Below, one piece after another: positions 56,480-64,000 of a stretch of 64,000 nucleotides of DNA. Source of the stretch: Anaerohalosphaeraceae bacterium (lineage in GTDB: Bacteria > Planctomycetota > Phycisphaerae > Sedimentisphaerales > Anaerohalosphaeraceae); contig JBNRMN010000010.1 in the NCBI GenBank assembly GCA_050309605.1, positions 8,936-72,935 of the forward strand, given 5' to 3'. The number at the start of each line of letters is the position of its first letter. The first letter of the stretch is position 1. The notes below the pieces were generated by a model. It made no database searches. It had not been told where the DNA came from and saw only the letters and a list, made by a program, of their open reading frames with translations. The position numbers were made by a program, and so were the translations under genes.

Positions 56480-58795
56480 ATGGGGGTAACGATTATGATG
56501 GCGCAGGCGTTTTTTACCAAAACACAACGATATGAAAGGGTGCATGCAGGCTTATTCTTGTTTATGACGGTGTTGTTTGCGATAAGCACTTATGCGCCGG
56601 GGGCGATAATCACCCAAGTTGCCCGCACCAATGGTCAACCCGGTGAACGAGACCCTATCGGCGCCTACGACGGCGACACGCCCCCGCTGCCGATGCCGGA
56701 CGGCGGCCTAAAAGAAGGGGATTTAATCTATTCGGATCGAACATTTTGGTGGGTCAACCTACCACAGTCGCTGCTCGGTTCGGACTATATTCGTGTGTTC
56801 AATAACGACAAGGCGACCGATGAGATCGATGTGACCTATACCGTGACGACTTCGGCGTCGGCGACCGTTTGGGTGGCGATTGACACGCGCGCCGCCGATT
56901 CGTCCAACTGGGGCGAAACCTGTCCCTGGGGAGCGGCGGCGCCCGGTTCGCTGCAGCCGGTCGTGGATTGGATCACGTCCGAGTTTGCGGAAGCGGGGAC
57001 GTTTCGGGATACCGGCCTGACGGTGGGCATTCGCGAGAGTGCTTCTACCCTGCGCACTGCCGGAGTGTTTTCAGCGGTGCTTGAGGCCGGGACGTATGTC
57101 TTTGGTGCGATGCCGAACAACAGTATCTGTATGTACACGATTGGCGCTATTCCTGCGATCCATTCACGGGTCATACTGTCCGCCGACGGACCAGGCAATA
57201 CCTATGAGCTGATTGCAAGTGTTTTGGGGGGCAATCCGATGGAAGTGCCCGATTGCGGCCATCCGGAATTCGGCAGGCATATTACCGAGCAGTGGGATGA
57301 CGAGTTGGGCAAATATGTTTTTGTTTTTCACATCCACGTTGAAGAGGATGACGACCGTTGTGTAAATTTTGATCGCCAGCGCAACGAGATCAAAACCTAT
57401 GGTCCTTCGCCTGAGTACGTCAAGGGAAGATACAACGACATTCATACGTATCGATGGAAATTCAAGCTGGATGAGGGGTTCCAGCCCTCTCCGAATTTCA
57501 CCCACATTTTTCAGATCAAAGCCGGCGACGGTTCCGACAGCGGCGCACCGATTATTACCATAACTCCCCGGTATGGCAGCCCCCAGAGGATGCAGCTTAT
57601 CTTTACCCCCTCAAGCGGTACCGGCGGCGGCGGCACAAAGACCAGTCCGTTGTTGGATCCGTTTAAGGGCGAATGGATCGAAGCCTATGTCAGGGCGCTG
57701 TACGCGGAAAACGGCGCTATTGAAGTTGTTCTCACACGGATTCGAGACGGCGCCGTGCTGATGTCCTATACCCATGACAATCTCGATATGTGGCGCGACA
57801 ACGCCACATTCAATCGGCCCAAGTGGGGCATCTACCGCAGTCTGAACAGTCCGCAGTACCTCCGAGACGAACAAGTGCGTTTTGCCGACTTTTGCATTGC
57901 CAAAGGCGATGACATTTGTCCGAGTGATGTTCCGACGTATTGTCCGACGGGACTGACCGCCGTACCTGATACCGAACAAGTCAAGCTGAGCTGGATAGCG
58001 GACCCCAAAGCCTCCCGCTATAATGTAAAACGTGCTGCCCAAAGCGGCGGACCGTATGCGATCATTGCCGCCGGCGTAACAGCTACAGAGTTTACCGATA
58101 CTGAAGTGCGCAACGGGACGACTTATTACTATGTGGTTTCTTCGGTCGGTCCTTCCGGAGAAACGGGGACTTCCAATGAAGTGCGCACGATACCCCGTTT
58201 GACGTTTTTTTTTGAAGCTGAAGAGGTTATGCGTTCCGCGGTCGGTGCCGGCACGTCGCTTCAAAGCGATTCGCAAAACAGCGGCGGCATCTGGGTTGCA
58301 CTGGAGGCCGCCGGTGCCGGCCCGTCTATTGCATATCTCCTGCCGAGTATCCCGGCCGGGACGTATTTGTTGAAAATGGGATATAAAGGCCATCCGAATC
58401 GCGGTATCCTTCAGGCCGCCGTTAACGGGGTGCTTGTCGGTGAGCCGCTGGATCAGTATTTTTTTCCTTCGAGTTATCCCGAACACACGTTCGGCAATGT
58501 GATGTTCGCTTCCGGAGGCGATCAAATGATCCGGCTGACCGTCATCGGCAAAAATCCGTCAGCCGGAGCGTACACATTGTCATCTGACACATTTAAGCTG
58601 ATACGCTTGAATCATTCGGTCGATCTGGACGGCGATGGTCGGGTGGATTATGCAGATTTTGCGATGTTGAGTGCTCAATGGCTGACGGATGGCACATTGG
58701 TTCCGTCCGCCGATATGGCCCCCGACAGCGGAGACGGCTTGGTGAATTTGGCCGACCTGATTAAGCTCTGTGAAGAATGGCTGATGGTGTATTAA
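56480..58795 (+). CDS. Secreted [novel ~190-aa domain] + jelly-roll polysaccharide-lyase-like domain + FN3 + CBM-like + dockerin-like tail
   Basis: DRQRNEIK, YRWKFKL, FTHIFQIK and RPKWGIYR resemble jelly-roll lyase motifs (R-x-E, QI, KxGxY). FN3 YNVKR...TYYYVVS; FEAE CBM-like domain; DLDGDGRVDYADF...GDGLVNLADL. Confidence 0.75.
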   Translation: MGVTIMMAQAFFTKTQRYERVHAGLFLFMTVLFAISTYAPGAIITQVARTNGQPGERDPIGAYDGDTPPLPMPDGGLKEGDLIYSDRTFWWVNLPQSLLGSDYIRVFNNDKATDEIDVTYTVTTSASATVWVAIDTRAADSSNWGETCPWGAAAPGSLQPVVDWITSEFAEAGTFRDTGLTVGIRESASTLRTAGVFSAVLEAGTYVFGAMPNNSICMYTIGAIPAIHSRVILSADGPGNTYELIASVLGGNPMEVPDCGHPEFGRHITEQWDDELGKYVFVFHIHVEEDDDRCVNFDRQRNEIKTYGPSPEYVKGRYNDIHTYRWKFKLDEGFQPSPNFTHIFQIKAGDGSDSGAPIITITPRYGSPQRMQLIFTPSSGTGGGGTKTSPLLDPFKGEWIEAYVRALYAENGAIEVVLTRIRDGAVLMSYTHDNLDMWRDNATFNRPKWGIYRSLNSPQYLRDEQVRFADFCIAKGDDICPSDVPTYCPTGLTAVPDTEQVKLSWIADPKASRYNVKRAAQSGGPYAIIAAGVTATEFTDTEVRNGTTYYYVVSSVGPSGETGTSNEVRTIPRLTFFFEAEEVMRSAVGAGTSLQSDSQNSGGIWVALEAAGAGPSIAYLLPSIPAGTYLLKMGYKGHPNRGILQAAVNGVLVGEPLDQYFFPSSYPEHTFGNVMFASGGDQMIRLTVIGKNPSAGAYTLSSDTFKLIRLNHSVDLDGDGRVDYADFAMLSAQWLTDGTLVPSADMAPDSGDGLVNLADLIKLCEEWLMVY

Positions 58796-58812
58796 AATGG
58801 GGCGGATTTAAG

Positions 58813-61800
58813 ATGAAATTACGATTATTTTGTCTGCTGTTATTGATGGCCGGCGCCGCTGTACCGGCAGCGGTGATAACCCAGGTCGAGCGCGCCAACG
58901 GGGCGTCAGGCGACAAACCTCCCATCGGCAAGTTTGGTCCGAGTACGTCCCCGCTGCCATGGCCGGAAGGGGGATTGCAGACCGGTATTAGCAGGGCATT
59001 AACTCCTTATGTGCACTCGGATCGGACCTTTTGGTGGAATAATGTGCCCGAAGAAATGATCGGCTGGGAACATGTCCGTACTTTCAATGACGACAAAGAA
59101 CCTGATGCACTCAATGTAACGTACACGATGACCACGTCCGCCGCGGCGACCATTTGGATTGCGTTTGACGATCGCCTTGTCACGTCCACCCAATGGCTTC
59201 CGACCGATGCCCCCCTCACGCCGTGGGGCGATGGGACTCCGGAATCGAGACAGACGCTGGTGGATTGGCTGACGCGATTCATTGCACCGACCGGAACGTT
59301 TACCGATACCGGTCTGACGCTGAATGTCCAGGAAGGCGACCCCGGTACGACGCGTACGTATGAGGTATTTTCCGCTGTACTTCCCGCCGGTTCGTATATT
59401 TTCGCAAGCCAGGCTAATCGCAACATCAGCAATTATGTCATGGGCGCGGTCCCGTTACCGCTCGCGAATGAAGACTTCAGGGCCTTTAACGATTGCATAC
59501 GAGCAGACGATGATCAAACGGCGGATAACGTCACCAACTGGACGGTTTATAATGGGTTTACCTCGACTATGTCAGGTCCGCTGATCGATTTTGAAACCGG
59601 TCGGCAAACCCCTGTTACGGCAACCTTTACATGGGATTCATCCAAAGGGCTGGCCGTCAGCGAAACCAGCGGCTCAGAGGACGGCGTCAGCCAGCCCCGA
59701 CCGGGGACGCCGGCGTATGAGATTTTTGGAGATATTGTCGATTTTTCAGATCGAATCATTTATTACGGCAGCGCCGGATGGTGGGTGGAAGTGTCGTTTA
59801 CAGGGCTTGACCCCGAAAAAAAATACACCTTTGCCACCACGGCGATTCGCGCAAAACATTATACAGACCGCTTGACGCTGTTTACCTTGACGGGGCACAC
59901 AAGTGCTGTCAATAACAGTTCCGATGGAATTTACTTGAAAGATGACGACCGGACGGTATTGGTGGCAGGCGGGAATCATCTCGATACAACAGGATATGTG
60001 GTCCGGTGGGACGATATTCGCGTCCCCGACCGGGGAGACGGAACCGGTCAGTTTTCAGTTCGCGCCGAGGCCTATGGCGCCAATTATCGAGCTTATCCTT
60101 TTGGCGGATTTATGCTTGAACAGGTCAGGAATTCGCCTCCGACTGTCAACGCCGGCGATGATCAGACGATTTATCGTCCCTTGTCCTATTTGACGCTGGA
60201 CGGGACGGTCACTGATGACGGACATGGTGTTCCGAATGGTTTTCTCAAGAGTACATGGTCGCAACTATCCGGGCCGGCATCGGTGTCATTTGTCGGCGAT
60301 ATTCATCAGCCTCAAGTGATGGCGCATTTTCCGGAAACAGGGGTTTATCGGCTTCAGCTCTCGGCGACGGACGGTGAATTGTCGGCCTCGCAAGAGGTCA
60401 CAATCACTGTAGAACCGCCTCTATGTCCGGTTGGTGATCTGGACGGGGATTGTAAGGTAACGCCGGCCGACTTGGTCTTGCTGGCGACCGGATGGTTGGA
60501 TGACGGCATCTGGCCGGCAGCGGATTTGACGGGAAATTGGCGCGTGGATATGGAGGAATTGAGTCTTGTAGCGCAAAGCTGGCAGGACGACTGGACAGGC
60601 GCGCTTCAGGTAACGATCAGTCCGGCCGAAGCGCTTTGGGCCGGCGCCCGCTGGAAACTGAATGATGGACCGTGGCGGTCGTCGGGAGAGGTGGTTGAAT
60701 CGCTGGCAGAGGGGACATATCGTGTGGACTATGCGGTCACGCCGCCATGGGTGCGTCCGGATGCGCAGGATATTGAAATACGGCGCCAGGAGACCGCTTC
60801 TGTATCGGCCGAGTATGTGATTCCCACGCAGACACTGGCCATCAGCGAATTTATGGCGGTCAATTCAAATGTCGGCAATTTGCGTCCGACGGTGTCGCTG
60901 GACTTATCGACCGTTATTGACGGCGTGCCGGTATATGAAGATTGGATTGAATTGCAGAATTTAACGGATGAGGCAATAAGTCTTGAGGGATGGTATTTAA
61001 CGGACAATGCCGACAATCTGACCAAGTGGCGATTTCCGCAGGGATACAGTATTGAGCCAAGAGGGTGCTTGGTGGTGTACGCGTCCAGAAAGGAACCCGA
61101 AAAATACGGCTATCCGTTTGTGGACGATCAGGGTCATCTGCATACCAACTTCGCCTTGGCGCGGGAAGGTGAATATCTGGCGCTGGTGCGTCCCGACGGC
61201 GAATCCATTGAACATACCTATGGTATTTTTCCGGAGCAGCGGGGTTTGGTATCATACGGCGTCGGCTCGGACGGGTGCGTCGGTTATCTGACAAGTGTGA
61301 CGCGCGGCACGGCAAACACGGGGATTTACGACGGTATTGCAGCCGATCCGTCATTCAGCGCCGCGCGCGGTTTTTATGAGGAGCCGTTCACGGTGTATCT
61401 TACATGCGCGACGCCGGATGCACAGATTCGTTATACGACGGATACCTCGGAGCCGACGGCCGAGAAGGGCAGGTTGTATGACCCGGTCAATCCAATTCCG
61501 ATTACGACAACCACAACTCTGCGGGCTGCGGCATACAAAGACGGACACCTGCAATCCAATACCGTGACCCAAACTTATGTTTTTTTGGATGATGTGCTTG
61601 TACAGGCGACCGATCCGGACACCGGTGCACAGGGGGTTCCGGAAGGCTATCCGACGACGTGGCCGGGCGGGTCCTATAGCGGTGCGATTGCCGGCGATTA
61701 CCAGATGGATCCTGATATTGCCTCACCGACGGGACAATTCGGCCATTTGTACGCAGCAACACTGAAAAATGACTTGCAAGCCGTTCCGTCAATGTCAGTG

Positions 61801-64000
61801 GTGGTGCCGCTTGAGCATTTCTTTTCAATTCCGGCGGGAATTTATCCCAACCAGTCGCAGGACGGCACCGAACGGGCCGGGTCGGTCGAATTTATCGACC
61901 CGCTGACGGGCGAAAGTTTTCATACCAATTGTGCTGTCAGGATGCAGGGCGGCGTCGGAAGCGGCGGAACATCACTGCATCGCTGGAAGTATGACAAATT
62001 GTCGATGCGACTGCGATTTCGCGGCATGTACGGCGGTTCGCTGGCATATCCGGTCTTTGGCCCGACAGGGGCGGACAGTTTCGACAACTTGGTGCTCAAC
62101 GCCCGTTCGAACAATACATGGTTGCATCCGGACCAGATACAGCGCATCAGGGGGGATTATGTGCGCGAGCAGGTCGCATCGGACCTGCAGCTTGCAATGG
62201 GCGGATACGCTCCTCGCGGACGTCCCGTACATGTCTATCTGAACGGGATGTACTGGGGGTTGTATTGGCTTCAGGAGCGGCCGGATCATGCTTTTGCGGC
62301 CTCGTATCTGGGCGGCCAGAAGGACGATTATGACGTGATCAAACACGGTCTCGGCGATGTGGTCAGCGGAAGCGACAGGGAGTATATTGCCTTGTTCAAT
62401 ATCTCTGCCGCCTCGCCGGACCCTGTGACGGCGTTTGAAAATCTCAATCAAAAACTCGATGTGACGGACTTCATTGATTATCTCATTGCAAATTATTATC
62501 TCGGTAACACGGATTGGGACAACAAGAACTGGTATGCCTCATTCAACCGATTTGATCCGCAGGGGCGATGGCGATGGCATATGTGGGATGCCGAGCATGT
62601 TATCGCCGCTCCTGAAGCGGATGTAACGGGCAAAAACAACAGTATGGCGCCAACGGGGCTGCATCGCCGATGGATCGCCAATACGGAATACCGTACCCTG
62701 TTCGGCGACCGCGTGCATAAGCATTTTTTCAACGACGGACTATTGACGCCGACGGCGTTTGCGGCGCTGTTTGCGAATGTGGCCGAGCAAATCGACCGGG
62801 CCATCGTGGGCGAATCGGCCCGATGGGGCGATAACCGTCGGCCTGAGCTGCCTTATACACGTGACGCCGATTGGCTTGCCGAATGCAATCGAATCCTGAA
62901 TGACATTATCCCCGGTCGCAGAGATGTGGTTCTCAGCCAGTTTAACGCGAAGAATCCATCTTGGTATCCGACGGTTGCCGCACCGGTCTTTTACATCAAC
63001 AGTGCTTATCAACACGGCGGTGATGTATCAAAGAATGATGCTCTGGCGATGCTCAATCCGAACGCATCGGGAACGGTGTATTATACGCTGGAGGGTACCG
63101 ATCCGCGACTGCCCGGCGGAGGCGTTCATTCTTCGGCGACAGCCTACACCGGTGCGCTGGCCGTCACAGCGCGAACCGTTCCGGTCAAGGCTCGTGTGCT
63201 GAGCAATGGCGTATGGAGTGCCATGAACGAGGCGATCTTTACCCTTGGCCCTCCGGCGCTGCTGCATTACTGGCATTTTAACAACCTGCCGGATCCGACG
63301 ATAGCATCCGCGGCGGCTGATTATACGATTTTGGGCGATGCCCTGATTATTTATCCCGGCGACGGTGATGGCTATATGGATACCGCCGACGGTTCGGACA
63401 TCAATATCCGGCTGGGTCAGGACGCCGGCAGGAGCCTGCGCGTCCGCAACCCCTCCGATACACGGCAATTGCTTTTGACATTGCCGACCACCGGCTATGA
63501 GGCCGTCCAGCTCAGTTACGCCGTGCGGCGAACGACCAGCGGTGCGCAGACTCAAATCGTTGAATATCGCACCGAAATCGGCGGTTCCTGGCAATACTTT
63601 GATCAAATCACCGTGCCCGATGAGTACACCCTGTTTACGTTTGATTTTTCAGCGATACCGCAAGCCGACAACAATCCGGAGTTTGCGGTACGCATTCTGT
63701 TCAGCGGCGAGGCGGCCTCCGGCACATCCGGCAACAACCGCTTTGACAATATCGTCCTGGACGGCGTGCCGCTGGCCGGGACCAATCAGCCGCCGCAGTT
63801 GACCGCGCCGCTGCCGTTTACCGAGGCGATTGAGGACGCGCCCGTTCAGATTGACTTGTCGGCTTATTTTACTGATCCGGACGGCGACGTGTTAAGCTTT
63901 ATCGCTGAAGCGGACAAGCCCTTCGTCCTGGAACCGACGGTCGCCGGTGACATTCTGACCCTGACGCCGCTGTATCGAGGCGAATCGGTCATTACGATCA
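58813..64000 (+). CDS. Very large secreted multidomain CotH kinase-like protein (novel domain + PKD/Ig + dockerin-like + lamin-tail + CotH), runs off the window
   Basis: Absent from the ORF track because there is no stop in the window. Manual translation from ATG 58813: MKLRLFCLLLLMAGAAVPAAVITQVERANG...; NSPPTVNAGDDQ; CPVGDLDGDCKV; LAISEFMAVN..DWIELQN; VHVYLNGMYWGLYWLQERPD; GNTDWD; WDAE; GESARWGD. Confidence 0.85.
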   Translation, partial: MKLRLFCLLLLMAGAAVPAAVITQVERANGASGDKPPIGKFGPSTSPLPWPEGGLQTGISRALTPYVHSDRTFWWNNVPEEMIGWEHVRTFNDDKEPDALNVTYTMTTSAAATIWIAFDDRLVTSTQWLPTDAPLTPWGDGTPESRQTLVDWLTRFIAPTGTFTDTGLTLNVQEGDPGTTRTYEVFSAVLPAGSYIFASQANRNISNYVMGAVPLPLANEDFRAFNDCIRADDDQTADNVTNWTVYNGFTSTMSGPLIDFETGRQTPVTATFTWDSSKGLAVSETSGSEDGVSQPRPGTPAYEIFGDIVDFSDRIIYYGSAGWWVEVSFTGLDPEKKYTFATTAIRAKHYTDRLTLFTLTGHTSAVNNSSDGIYLKDDDRTVLVAGGNHLDTTGYVVRWDDIRVPDRGDGTGQFSVRAEAYGANYRAYPFGGFMLEQVRNSPPTVNAGDDQTIYRPLSYLTLDGTVTDDGHGVPNGFLKSTWSQLSGPASVSFVGDIHQPQVMAHFPETGVYRLQLSATDGELSASQEVTITVEPPLCPVGDLDGDCKVTPADLVLLATGWLDDGIWPAADLTGNWRVDMEELSLVAQSWQDDWTGALQVTISPAEALWAGARWKLNDGPWRSSGEVVESLAEGTYRVDYAVTPPWVRPDAQDIEIRRQETASVSAEYVIPTQTLAISEFMAVNSNVGNLRPTVSLDLSTVIDGVPVYEDWIELQNLTDEAISLEGWYLTDNADNLTKWRFPQGYSIEPRGCLVVYASRKEPEKYGYPFVDDQGHLHTNFALAREGEYLALVRPDGESIEHTYGIFPEQRGLVSYGVGSDGCVGYLTSVTRGTANTGIYDGIAADPSFSAARGFYEEPFTVYLTCATPDAQIRYTTDTSEPTAEKGRLYDPVNPIPITTTTTLRAAAYKDGHLQSNTVTQTYVFLDDVLVQATDPDTGAQGVPEGYPTTWPGGSYSGAIAGDYQMDPDIASPTGQFGHLYAATLKNDLQAVPSMSVVVPLEHFFSIPAGIYPNQSQDGTERAGSVEFIDPLTGESFHTNCAVRMQGGVGSGGTSLHRWKYDKLSMRLRFRGMYGGSLAYPVFGPTGADSFDNLVLNARSNNTWLHPDQIQRIRGDYVREQVASDLQLAMGGYAPRGRPVHVYLNGMYWGLYWLQERPDHAFAASYLGGQKDDYDVIKHGLGDVVSGSDREYIALFNISAASPDPVTAFENLNQKLDVTDFIDYLIANYYLGNTDWDNKNWYASFNRFDPQGRWRWHMWDAEHVIAAPEADVTGKNNSMAPTGLHRRWIANTEYRTLFGDRVHKHFFNDGLLTPTAFAALFANVAEQIDRAIVGESARWGDNRRPELPYTRDADWLAECNRILNDIIPGRRDVVLSQFNAKNPSWYPTVAAPVFYINSAYQHGGDVSKNDALAMLNPNASGTVYYTLEGTDPRLPGGGVHSSATAYTGALAVTARTVPVKARVLSNGVWSAMNEAIFTLGPPALLHYWHFNNLPDPTIASAAADYTILGDALIIYPGDGDGYMDTADGSDINIRLGQDAGRSLRVRNPSDTRQLLLTLPTTGYEAVQLSYAVRRTTSGAQTQIVEYRTEIGGSWQYFDQITVPDEYTLFTFDFSAIPQADNNPEFAVRILFSGEAASGTSGNNRFDNIVLDGVPLAGTNQPPQLTAPLPFTEAIEDAPVQIDLSAYFTDPDGDVLSFIAEADKPFVLEPTVAGDILTLTPLYRGESVITI

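Noticed and set aside
58999..63802. Many short ORFs in the last 5 kb, suggesting a gene-poor or degraded region
   Set aside because: The region is one continuous + strand CDS from 58813 that has no stop inside the window.
1..64000. CRISPR arrays, tRNA/rRNA, IS elements, diversity-generating retroelement or invertase-driven tip switching
   Set aside because: No regularly spaced repeats, RNA-gene signatures, transposase, reverse transcriptase or recombinase were seen. Repeated domains differ at synonymous sites, consistent with older duplication rather than an active shuffling device.

Overview
A gene-dense glycan-degradation region with about 30 large CDSs and no recognisable rRNA, tRNA, IS element or CRISPR array. 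Gene content suggests a Planctomycetota (Phycisphaerae/Sedimentisphaerales-like) genome; this is an inference. The main structure is a four-part cassette present three times (3252-13332 +, 37418-42846 -, 49126-54422 +). Each copy has an ECF sigma factor, a FecR-type membrane anti-sigma with a C-terminal NPCBM-like domain, a prepilin-peptidase substrate ([14 protein letters not shown]), and 1-3 secreted non-catalytic proteins built as [variable N-terminal domain]-FN3-like-Ig-LamG-Cys/EF-hand tail. Each copy heads a co-oriented run of CAZymes: GH95/GH95-like, GH97, GH2-lyase fusion, GH27-ThuA fusion, GH36-like, GH29-like, PL6 and unclassified lyases/hydrolases. A GH28 and two CotH kinase-like multidomain proteins are also present. 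No SusC/SusD, TonB-dependent receptor or ABC transporter is visible, so this reads as a PUL analogue with a pilin and lectin-like scaffolds where SusCD would be. Other observations: a recurring ECF-type promoter (TGWAAG-N16-CGAAYA-like), strand-specific GC-rich hairpins directly after scaffold genes, an unannotated ~190-aa domain shared by three different proteins, enrichment of D-P-N tripeptides, an internally deleted GH29 pseudogene, and a >1,700-codon ORF (58813 to window end) missing from the supplied ORF track.
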